Both the position numbers and the translations under genes were made by a program. Shown here one piece after another: positions 1-7,223 of a DNA stretch of 64,000 nucleotides. A model generated the notes under the pieces. That model was given only the letters and a program-made list of their open reading frames with translations, had not been told where the DNA came from and did not search any database. Origin of the DNA: Ruminococcus sp. (GTDB taxonomy: Bacteria; Bacillota; Clostridia; Oscillospirales; Ruminococcaceae). The DNA is taken from the NCBI RefSeq assembly GCF_022768805.1, contig NZ_JALELB010000028.1. One strand, written 5' to 3'. How positions within the stretch are numbered: the first letter of the stretch is position 1; each line of letters starts with the position of its first letter.

Positions 1-942
1 ATCAAAAAGCCCTAAACGGATTCTGGTGCGCAGCACACGGATGCAGGCACGGCGGATATCCGCCGGATCTATCAGCCCTTCCTCCAGGGCAGCCAGCATA
101 TACATATAGGTATTGCCACAGTTCAGGTCACAGCCGGACCGGAGTGCCAGCGCCGCAGACTCTGTCACAGTTCTGGTCACCCCATGACTCTGGTGGAAAT
201 CCCGGATGGCCCAGCAGTCTGATACAAAGTAGCCGTCAAAGCCCCATTCACGCAGCTTGTCCATCAGCATGGGACTTGCACAGGCAGGCTCTCCGTTCAC
301 CCGGTTATAGGCACCCATAACTCCCTCCACCCGTGCCTCGGTTACCAGTGCACGGAATGCGGGCAGGTAGCTTTCCTCAAGATCCTTCGGGGAAACCTTT
401 GCGTCAAAGGAATGCCGGACCGACTCCGGACCGCTGTGCACAGCAAAATGCTTTGCACAGGCAGCAGCACGCAGTATCGGCCCGTCCCCCTGCATACCCT
501 GAACGAACGCCACTCCCAGCCGGGCAGTCAGAAACGGATCTTCTCCGTAGGTTTCATGTCCCCTGCCCCACCGGGGATCCCGGAAAAGGTTGATGTTGGG
601 TGCCCAGAGGGTCAGACCCTTGTAAATATCAAAATCTCCGTGTTCAGCAGCTGCTGTATGCTTTGCCCGGGCTTCCACCGCAGTAATCTCGCCAATCCGG
701 TGCAGAAGAGCCGGATCAAATGTAGCGGCCATGCCGATTGCCTGGGGGAACAAGGTGGCAGTTCCTGCCCGTGCCACACCATGCAGACCTTCATTCCACC
801 AGTTATATGCAGGAATGCCTAACCGGGGAACCGGCGGAGCATCATACCGCAGCTGGGATGCCTGTTCCTCCACAGTCAGACGGTCAGTGAGATCCTCCGC
901 CCGTTCCTCCGGCGTAAGAGAGGGATCCAGATAACGTTCCAT
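1..942 (-). CDS. glycoside hydrolase family 3 (beta-glucosidase/beta-xylosidase-like), N-terminal portion; the gene continues past the left edge of the window
   Basis: Absent from the ORF track because no stop codon lies inside the window. My reverse-strand translation from the ATG at 942-940 gives MERYLDPSLTPEERAEDLTDRLTVEEQASQLRYDAPPVPRLGIPAYNWWNEGLHG... The GIPxxNWWNEGLHG block is typical of GH3 N-terminal domains. GGAGG at 953-949 lies 6 nt upstream of the ATG. Confidence 0.8.
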   Translation of the reverse strand, partial: MERYLDPSLTPEERAEDLTDRLTVEEQASQLRYDAPPVPRLGIPAYNWWNEGLHGVARAGTATLFPQAIGMAATFDPALLHRIGEITAVEARAKHTAAAEHGDFDIYKGLTLWAPNINLFRDPRWGRGHETYGEDPFLTARLGVAFVQGMQGDGPILRAAACAKHFAVHSGPESVRHSFDAKVSPKDLEESYLPAFRALVTEARVEGVMGAYNRVNGEPACASPMLMDKLREWGFDGYFVSDCWAIRDFHQSHGVTRTVTESAALALRSGCDLNCGNTYMYMLAALEEGLIDPADIRRACIRVLRTRIRLGLFD

Positions 943-1120
943 AACAAACCTCCAGTAATATAGGACCATGCCTATAGAATTTATGGTGTAGTGCCGTTTG
1001 ATTGATGTTTTTTCCTCCGCCCCGAACGGCACCGGAAGCAATGTGGAAGGTGCCGAGCAGAGTAATGGCTATAAAGAGTACGGGACAAACCCATGCATAC
1101 AACAAACAGCATGGGGCCTG

Positions 1121-1822
1121 TCAGTCCTCGATGGGATCGTTGGCATACAGAATCTCACCGCTGGCTGCATCTACATATACAGATCTCACCACACTGTCTT
1201 TGATATCCGCATACCATACAAGAACAGGCTGTCCGCCATGAAACGCAAATGAAATGCCCGGTTCCGGTTCACCGTCAGTGCTGCTCTTATACTTGTCTTT
1301 AACCAGTTTTTTGATCGCTTTCCGGTCAACGGCGGGCGCAACATCAAATGTATCCATTGCATGATACCCATTCATGAGGATCGTCGGTGTACCGGACTGA
1401 TCGACCATGACCTTCAGCACCTCCGACATTACAGGCACATTCTCATAGAATTGACGAAATGTATACGCCGTGAGTGATTGTCCTTTTACATCCTGCCTGT
1501 CAACAAACAGGATCTCCTGACTGACATCCTTGATCCCAAGAACGTTTGCCATAGAAGCGATGACACAAGCAGCATCCTGCTCATTCTGAACCTGAATATC
1601 GGAAAACTTTCCTGTTATCATTGCGATCTGTTCCGGATCATCTTTCTGGTATTCGATCATCACATCCTGATTCGCCGTCAAGTCGGACATCGACACCTGA
1701 GCAGGTAATGTATCCGGCGTAACTTTCGACGCAGGAAATTTTGATGTGGAATCACATCCGAAAAGTATGCAGGATATACTCAAAGCAGAAACCATTGCGA
1801 CTACTTTTTTCATTATTATCAT
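1121..1822 (-). CDS. putative lipoprotein, function unknown (C-terminal part weakly PepSY-like)
   Basis: 233 aa ORF. The N-terminus MIIMKKVVAMVSALSISCILFGCDS is a signal peptide plus lipobox (LFGC). The true start may be the MKKVV Met. Confidence 0.6.
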   Translation of the reverse strand: MIIMKKVVAMVSALSISCILFGCDSTSKFPASKVTPDTLPAQVSMSDLTANQDVMIEYQKDDPEQIAMITGKFSDIQVQNEQDAACVIASMANVLGIKDVSQEILFVDRQDVKGQSLTAYTFRQFYENVPVMSEVLKVMVDQSGTPTILMNGYHAMDTFDVAPAVDRKAIKKLVKDKYKSSTDGEPEPGISFAFHGGQPVLVWYADIKDSVVRSVYVDAASGEILYANDPIED

Positions 1823-2007
1823 CCTCGAATAATAGATTTTAGGGTGATTTCAAGAGTACCCTCAATGAACCTCTGCTGCGACGGAGTTCCGCCGGGTTTA
1901 ATCAAACAATCGACAGGGGTACAAAGTTATTCACCACTGCCTACATAATATTTCCCGAAAGCAGGCGCACATTGTATGCTGATAATCCGGTTTCATATCA
2001 TCCTTCC

Positions 2008-2036
2008 TTGACAGATGGCTCAGTCTTGCTTATAAT
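2008..2036 (+). promoter_or_regulatory. sigma-A type promoter for the AraC-family gene
   Basis: TTGACA (2008-2013), a 17 nt spacer, then TATAAT (2031-2036), about 80 nt upstream of the ATG at 2117. Confidence 0.6.
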
Positions 2037-2116
2037 ATTATATATCCAGATGCGGCAAAATGCTTGCCGTATATCATCATGCATTAACACAATATCGCCA
2101 GCTTGAGGTGTAAAAA

Positions 2117-3031
2117 ATGTCAAAGCCGAAAATCCTGACCGACCGGAATCTCCGGGAGGTGGTTTCTCACGGAACCGCCCGGTTTCCCTTTGAATATCAT
2201 CTGGAGGACATTCATCAGTTTGAAAACGGACTGATCTCCAGCCACTGGCATAAGGAATTTGAATTTGCCACAGTCCGGCAGGGCCGGGCTGAAATCAGTA
2301 TCGGCTCCATGACCTTTCCGGTTCAGCAGGGGGACGGCATTTTCGTCAATACCGGTGTGATGCATGCATTCCGGGCTGAACAAACCACCATTCTGCCGGA
2401 TATTCTCTTTGATGCACGGCTGATCGCTTCAGAGCAAACGGATATTTACGAGCATTTTGTGACACCCTTTCTACAGTCCGGCATCTCCCACCTGGTGCTG
2501 CACCGAGATATTCCCTGGCAGTCTCAGGTACTGGACATGCTGGAGGAAATCTATACTATCTGTGCCGATGCAAGAAACAAGAATGAGCTGGAGATTCATA
2601 TCCGGATCTGTCAGATCTGGATGCTGCTGGCGGAGCACCGGGCGGAAATGATTTCAGACCGCCAGACCGGACTGACTATGCAGGCACAGATCCGGCTCCA
2701 GCAGATGGTACAGTTCATCGACACAGCATTTTCCGGAAGCATCTCATTACAGGATATTGCCGACGCCGCATGCATCAGCAAAAGCGAAGCCCTGCGCTGC
2801 TTCCGGCTGGGCATGCACTGTGCCCCGGTACAGTATGTGGTGGCTGTACGGCTGGCACGGGCCAGAAGTCTGCTGTTGACCACCCTGGAGCCTGTGACAG
2901 AAATCGCATTTCAGGTGGGCTTTGACAACTGCAGTTATTTTGACCGGGCATTCAAAAGAAAATACGGTATGACGCCTCGCCAGATGCGGAGGCAGGCTGG
3001 AGGAGATCATGGAACAGCAAAGCGCGTTTGA
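2117..3031 (+). CDS. AraC family transcriptional regulator (cupin-type N-terminal domain plus C-terminal AraC HTH)
   Basis: 304 aa. The C-terminal LQDIADAACISKSEALRCFRL...TEIAFQVGFDNCSYFDRAFKRKYGMTPRQ is a typical double-HTH AraC signature. The N-terminus (HWHKEFEF...GDGIFVNTGVMHAF) looks like an AraC-binding cupin. Confidence 0.85.
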   Translation: MSKPKILTDRNLREVVSHGTARFPFEYHLEDIHQFENGLISSHWHKEFEFATVRQGRAEISIGSMTFPVQQGDGIFVNTGVMHAFRAEQTTILPDILFDARLIASEQTDIYEHFVTPFLQSGISHLVLHRDIPWQSQVLDMLEEIYTICADARNKNELEIHIRICQIWMLLAEHRAEMISDRQTGLTMQAQIRLQQMVQFIDTAFSGSISLQDIADAACISKSEALRCFRLGMHCAPVQYVVAVRLARARSLLLTTLEPVTEIAFQVGFDNCSYFDRAFKRKYGMTPRQMRRQAGGDHGTAKRV

Positions 3032-3338
3032 ACGAATCTATGCGGTGGTACGCCGGATCCCCGCCGGTAAGGTTGCAAGCTACGGACAGGTTGCCGGGCT
3101 TGCAGGCAATCCCCGGTGGGCACGGGTGGTGGGCTATGCCCTCCACAGGAATCCGGATCCCGGCACCATCCCCTGTCATCGGGTGGTAACCAGGGACGGT
3201 CGTATGGCGCCCGGTTTTGCCTTCGGAGGCCCTGAAATCCAAATGCAGTTGCTTCTGGCGGAGGGTGTTGGTTTTGAAGATGGACGGGTTATCATGTCCG
3301 AGTATCAATGGCAATGCAACCCGGAGGAGCTTCACTGA
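3009..3338 (+). CDS. MGMT-family protein: stand-alone methylated-DNA-protein-cysteine methyltransferase DNA-binding/active-site domain
   Basis: 109 aa. It has IPAGKVASYGQVA and the acceptor-Cys motif IPCHRVV. The start overlaps the AraC gene by 23 nt. GGAGG lies 5 nt upstream. Confidence 0.8.
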   Translation: MEQQSAFERIYAVVRRIPAGKVASYGQVAGLAGNPRWARVVGYALHRNPDPGTIPCHRVVTRDGRMAPGFAFGGPEIQMQLLLAEGVGFEDGRVIMSEYQWQCNPEELH

Positions 3339-3354
3339 ATAGATTATACCCTAT

Positions 3355-3386
3355 GCGTATGATTTTTGCAATCATGCGCTTTTTTT
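3355..3386 (+). terminator. Rho-independent terminator after the MGMT-family gene
   Basis: Stem gcgtatgatt / aatcatgcgc (one G-U pair) with loop tttgc, followed by TTTTTTT at 3380-3386. Confidence 0.6.
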
Positions 3387-3396
3387 GATTTTCTGC

Positions 3397-3425
3397 TTGA
3401 CATATGCAAAATCATATAGTATAAT
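3397..3425 (+). promoter_or_regulatory. consensus sigma-A promoter of rex-lysR
   Basis: TTGACA (3397-3402), a 17 nt spacer, then TATAAT (3420-3425), 35 nt upstream of the rex ATG. Confidence 0.7.
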
Positions 3426-3447
3426 ATCGATAGTATAGTATCGATAT
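3424..3447. promoter_or_regulatory. perfect 9-6-9 inverted repeat (candidate operator) overlapping the -10 and +1 of the rex promoter
   Basis: ATATCGATA gtatag TATCGATAT. Each arm contains the self-complementary octamer TATCGATA. Confidence 0.5.
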
Positions 3448-3459
3448 AGGAGGTACAGA

Positions 3460-4116
3460 ATGTCTAAAGAGGACCAGGAAACACGGGGGCTGTCCATTCA
3501 GGCAATTCATCGGCTGCCCTATTATCTGCAATATCTGCGGGAACTGGCCCAACAGGGTACGGAAACCATTTCTGCTCCGGCAGTAGCAGCCCATTTCCGG
3601 CTTAGCGAGATCCAGGTCCGCAAGGATTTTGCTGCGGTCAGTACCAATGCGGGTAAGCCCCGTTCCGGCTTCCCGGTACACGGACTAATTGCGGATATGG
3701 AACATGTTCTCGGCTATGGCAATCCGAATGAAGCCGTGCTGGTGGGGGTGGGTTCCCTTGGACAAGCTCTGCTGTGCTACAGCGGCTTTGCAGAGTACGG
3801 GCTGGAAATCATTGCGGCATTTGACCAGGATCCCGCCCGAATCGGCATAGAGATCCAGGGCAAGCATATTCTCCCAGCGGACAAGATCACGGATATTTGC
3901 CGCAGGATGAATGTGCCCATGGGTATCATTACCGTTCCGGCTTCACAGGCACAATCGGTCTGCGATCAGCTGGTGGAGGGCGGCGTCCGAGGCATCTGGA
4001 ACTTTGCTCCGGTTCATCTGTCCGCACCGGAGCATGTACTGGTACAAAACGAAAACATGGCAGCATCCCTTGCACTGCTTTCTAAGCATCTGTACAGGGA
4101 TGAGGGGGAGGAATAA
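3460..4116 (+). CDS. rex: redox-sensing transcriptional repressor Rex
   Basis: 218 aa. It has an N-terminal winged helix (RLPYYLQYLREL), a Rossmann GVGSLGQALL motif and typical Rex length. Confidence 0.9.
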   Translation: MSKEDQETRGLSIQAIHRLPYYLQYLRELAQQGTETISAPAVAAHFRLSEIQVRKDFAAVSTNAGKPRSGFPVHGLIADMEHVLGYGNPNEAVLVGVGSLGQALLCYSGFAEYGLEIIAAFDQDPARIGIEIQGKHILPADKITDICRRMNVPMGIITVPASQAQSVCDQLVEGGVRGIWNFAPVHLSAPEHVLVQNENMAASLALLSKHLYRDEGEE

Positions 4117-4119
4117 TGC

Positions 4120-5058
4120 ATGAATACCTTATTTTTCAAATATGCCATTGAAGTGGAGCAGACCCGTTCTATTACAAAGGCTGCGGAAAACCTCTATATG
4201 GCGCAGCCCAATCTGAGCAAGGCCATCCGGGAACTGGAGGATACTGTGGGCTTTCCGATTTTTGTCCGCAGCTCCAAAGGGGTAATTCCTACGGAACAGG
4301 GGCAGGAATTTCTCAGATACGCCCATAATATTATGCTTGAGCTGGACAAGATGACCAAAATCAGCGAGCTGAGTGATGGAGCGGTGCAGAGCTTCCGGAT
4401 TTCCATCCCCCGGGGCAGCTACATTGCCCACGGATTTACAGAATTCGCCGCACAGCTGGATCCTGCCAAGCGGGTCATGCTGAACGTGGTAGAAACCAAC
4501 TCCATGCAGACAATTCAGCATGTGCTGGACGGACAGAGCGACCTGGGAATCATCCGGTACCAGATGGCCTTTGAACCGTATTTTATGGACTATCTGCAGG
4601 AAAAGCAGCTAGCCTTTGAGCCCATCTGGGAGTTTGCCTACCTGCTGCTGTTTTCTGACAAGCATCCACTGGCAGAACGCCGGCAGATCAGCGAAACCGA
4701 TCTGGAGAAATTTACCGAAATTGTTCACGGAGATCTTCAGGTTCCATATCTGTCCGATGCCAATCGTTCCGGCTATGGGGACGGCCGGAATATTCGCAGC
4801 AAGATCTATCTCTATGAGCGTGCTAATCAGTTTGAGCTGCTGAGCCGGCTGCCCAACACCTTTATGTGGGTATCACCGGTACCGGATTCCTTTCTGAGCC
4901 GGTATCAACTGATCCAGCGGGCTTGCAAGGCAGAACGGAATCTGCACAAGGATCTGCTGATTTATCCCAAGGACTATCAGTTCCGGCCCATTGACCGGCA
5001 GTTTATCGATCAGCTCTTTGCAGCAAAAAACGAAGTGGCCTTCAAGCACTACGAGTAA
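4120..5058 (+). CDS. LysR family transcriptional regulator
   Basis: 312 aa. The N-terminal HTH is FKYAIEVEQTRSITKAAENLYMAQPNLSKAIRELEDTVGFPIFVRSSKG. It starts 3 nt after the rex stop, so the two genes are probably co-transcribed. Confidence 0.85.
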   Translation: MNTLFFKYAIEVEQTRSITKAAENLYMAQPNLSKAIRELEDTVGFPIFVRSSKGVIPTEQGQEFLRYAHNIMLELDKMTKISELSDGAVQSFRISIPRGSYIAHGFTEFAAQLDPAKRVMLNVVETNSMQTIQHVLDGQSDLGIIRYQMAFEPYFMDYLQEKQLAFEPIWEFAYLLLFSDKHPLAERRQISETDLEKFTEIVHGDLQVPYLSDANRSGYGDGRNIRSKIYLYERANQFELLSRLPNTFMWVSPVPDSFLSRYQLIQRACKAERNLHKDLLIYPKDYQFRPIDRQFIDQLFAAKNEVAFKHYE

Positions 5059-5130
5059 ATCAGGGCACTGCTCCATCCAAACCCGTCACTATGCAAGCTC
5101 CTGTTTATTTTCTCAACTGTGGTTTTTTAT

Positions 5131-5154
5131 ATATCAGTAATACAATACTGATAT
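5131..5154. promoter_or_regulatory. perfect 9-6-9 inverted repeat upstream of the Fe-ADH gene, with the same architecture as the rex-promoter dyad
   Basis: ATATCAGTA atacaa TACTGATAT. It is centred about 60 nt upstream of the predicted adh transcription start. Confidence 0.5.
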
Positions 5155-5187
5155 TCCGGTTTTATATTTCCCTTTTGCACCGGGTAC

Positions 5188-5196
5188 TGTTATAAT
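5188..5196 (+). promoter_or_regulatory. extended -10 promoter element for the Fe-ADH gene
   Basis: TGTTATAAT (TGn plus TATAAT at 5191-5196). The -35 is poor. Confidence 0.45.
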
Positions 5197-5201
5197 ACAG
5201 A

Positions 5202-5219
5202 CAGCAAAGAAATTTGCTG
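5202..5219. promoter_or_regulatory. 7-4-7 palindrome in the adh leader
   Basis: CAGCAAA gaaa TTTGCTG lies directly downstream of the -10. It has the same 18-bp layout as Rex boxes but different half-sites. Confidence 0.4.
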
Positions 5220-5250
5220 AAGGATAGAATGTAAGCAGGAGGTTCTTATC

Positions 5251-6468
5251 ATGGCTAGATTTACACTACCAAGAGATTTATATCACGGCAAGGGAGCGCT
5301 GGAGGCCCTCAAGACTTTTGAAGGCAAAAAAGCAATGATCTGCGTAGGCGGCGGCAGCATGAAGCGCTTTGGCTTTCTGGACAGAGCTGTGGACTATCTG
5401 AAGGAAGCCGGCATGGAGGTTCAGCTCTTTGAAGGCATCGAGCCGGATCCCTCCGTTGAAACGGTGATGAAGGGCGCAGAAGCCATGCAGCAATTCCAGC
5501 CGGACTGGATCATTGCCATGGGCGGCGGCTCCCCCATTGATGCTGCAAAGGCCATGTGGATCAAATACGAATATCCGGACATTACCTTTGAGGATATGTG
5601 CAAGGTATTCGGCATTCCCAAGCTCCGGAAAAAGGCACAGTTCTGTGCTATCTCCTCCACCTCCGGTACCGCTACCGAGGTCACTGCCTTCTCCATCATT
5701 ACCGACTACAAAAAGGGAATTAAGTACCCCATCGCGGATTTTGAAATTACCCCGGATGTGGCCATCGTGGATCCGGATCTGGCAGAGACTATGCCGAAGA
5801 AGCTGGTTGCCCATACCGGTATGGATGCGATGACCCACGCAGTGGAGGCGTATGTATCCACGGCGCACTGCGACTTTACCGATCCCCTGGCACTGCATGC
5901 CATTAAAATGATTCAGCAGGACCTGGTAGATTCCTACAACGGGGATATGACCAAGCGGGACAGCATGCACAATGCCCAGTGTCTGGCAGGCATGGCTTTT
6001 TCCAATGCGCTGCTGGGTATCGTACACTCCATGGCACATAAAACCGGTGCAGCCTTTGCGGACTACGGTGCGCATATCATTCACGGGGCTGCCAATGCCA
6101 TGTATCTGCCCAAGGTCATCGCCTATAATGCAAAGGTTCCTGCTGCAGCAGAGCGTTATGCCCAGATTGCGGACTTTATGCAGCTGGGAGGCGAAACCCA
6201 GCAGGACAAGATTCAGCTGCTGATTGCATATCTGCGGGGCATGAATGATGCGCTGAATATTCCCCACTGCATCGCCCATTACGGTGCAGACAGCTATCCC
6301 GCAGAGACGGGCTTTGTACCGGAGGACGTGTTCCTTGCACGGCTGCCGGAAATTGCGAAAAACGCCATTGGCGATGCATGCACCGGTTCCAACCCCCGTC
6401 AGCCCGATCAGGAAGAAATGGAGCGGCTGCTCAGATGCTGCTACTATGATACCGAAGTGGATTTCTGA
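5251..6468 (+). CDS. iron-containing (type III) alcohol dehydrogenase
   Basis: 405 aa with GGGSPIDAAKA and histidine-rich metal-site regions (HTGMDAMTHAVEAY, HSMAHKTG). AGGAGG lies 8 nt upstream. Confidence 0.9.
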   Translation: MARFTLPRDLYHGKGALEALKTFEGKKAMICVGGGSMKRFGFLDRAVDYLKEAGMEVQLFEGIEPDPSVETVMKGAEAMQQFQPDWIIAMGGGSPIDAAKAMWIKYEYPDITFEDMCKVFGIPKLRKKAQFCAISSTSGTATEVTAFSIITDYKKGIKYPIADFEITPDVAIVDPDLAETMPKKLVAHTGMDAMTHAVEAYVSTAHCDFTDPLALHAIKMIQQDLVDSYNGDMTKRDSMHNAQCLAGMAFSNALLGIVHSMAHKTGAAFADYGAHIIHGAANAMYLPKVIAYNAKVPAAAERYAQIADFMQLGGETQQDKIQLLIAYLRGMNDALNIPHCIAHYGADSYPAETGFVPEDVFLARLPEIAKNAIGDACTGSNPRQPDQEEMERLLRCCYYDTEVDF

Positions 6469-6491
6469 TTTCATATTTATCCGATATGCAG

Positions 6492-6529
6492 GACGCTTTT
6501 GCCGATTTGGCGAAAGCGTCTTTTCTTTT
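6492..6529 (+). terminator. Rho-independent terminator after adh
   Basis: Stem gacgcttttgcc / ggcgaaagcgtc followed by TTTTCTTTT. Confidence 0.6.
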
Positions 6530-6560
6530 GAAAAAAACCTTGCTTTGTTAGCCGCAGGTC

Positions 6561-6609
6561 TTGACAAAATCCCATTCATGTGTTATCATATGAACAGATA
6601 ATCATATGA
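6561..6609 (+). promoter_or_regulatory. promoter and candidate ArsR/SmtB operator of the metal-resistance operon
   Basis: TTGACA (6561-6566), a 17 nt spacer, then TATCAT (6584-6589). The self-complementary octamer TCATATGA occurs twice (6586-6593 and 6602-6609), overlapping the -10 and the leader. Confidence 0.6.
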
Positions 6610-6623
6610 GAGGATGTGATAAC

Positions 6624-6980
6624 ATGGAGGTAAAGGACGGTCACTGTGATTTTCTGTGTGTTCACCAGGACACAGTGGATCAGGTATGCCGGGATATGCC
6701 GGATGATGAAGTGCTGTACGACCTGGCAGAGCTGTTCAAGGTCTTCGGGGATACGACCCGGATCAAGATTCTGTATGCATTGTTTGAAAGCGAAATGTGC
6801 GTGTGTGACATTGCTCAGCTGCTTGGGGTGACCCAGACTGCCGTATCCCATCAGCTTCGTGTGCTCAAAACCAATAAGCTGGTCAAATTCCGTAAGGAAG
6901 GAAAAAACGCCTTCTATTCCCTGGCCGACGAGCATGTGACAAAGATTATTGCCCAGGGAATGGAGCATATTTGTGAGTAG
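6624..6980 (+). CDS. ArsR/SmtB family metalloregulator (CadC-like)
   Basis: It has N-terminal Cys residues (HCDFLC) and the CVCD metal-site motif next to the HTH (CVCDIAQLLGVTQTAVSHQLRVL). The ORF track starts at 6606. I prefer the ATG at 6624 because of its spacing from GAGAGGA. Confidence 0.85.
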   Translation: MEVKDGHCDFLCVHQDTVDQVCRDMPDDEVLYDLAELFKVFGDTTRIKILYALFESEMCVCDIAQLLGVTQTAVSHQLRVLKTNKLVKFRKEGKNAFYSLADEHVTKIIAQGMEHICE

Positions 6981-6992
6981 GAGGATATTCAT

Positions 6993-7211
6993 ATGACTAA
7001 GACGTTTCAGCTGGAAGATCTGGATTGTGCCAACTGCGCAGCAAAAATGCAGGAGGCGATTTTAAAACTTGACGGGGTTATGGATGCCCAGGTCAACTTT
7101 CTAACCCAGAAAATGACCATCACCGCAGAGGATGCAGCCTTTGATCGAATCATGAAGCAGGTGGTCAAGGCCTGCCGCAGGATTGAACCCGACTGCACCA
7201 TTCTCATGTAG
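6993..7211 (+). CDS. heavy-metal-associated (HMA) domain protein (stand-alone metal-binding domain or chaperone)
   Basis: 72 aa with a CxxC metal-binding motif (LDCANCAAK) in the position expected for a ferredoxin-like HMA fold. Confidence 0.85.
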   Translation: MTKTFQLEDLDCANCAAKMQEAILKLDGVMDAQVNFLTQKMTITAEDAAFDRIMKQVVKACRRIEPDCTILM

Positions 7212-7223
7212 GAGGTATGCCCG

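Noticed and set aside
333-1105. Several 60-136 aa ORFs on both strands inside the GH3 region
   Set aside because: The minus-strand frame that translates into the GH3 N-terminal domain explains the region. The listed ORFs are out of frame or antisense.
3339-5250. Canonical Rex boxes (TTGTGAA-N4-TTCACAA or TTGTTAA-N4-TTAACAA) near rex and adh
   Set aside because: I looked for them in both intergenic regions and did not find them. Only the non-canonical dyads reported above are present.
5278-6579. 433-aa ORF antisense to the Fe-alcohol dehydrogenase gene
   Set aside because: It lies entirely opposite a gene with clear family motifs. Its composition is low-complexity and Arg/Gly/His-rich, it has no SD, and it is typical of the open antisense frames seen in G+C-rich coding DNA.
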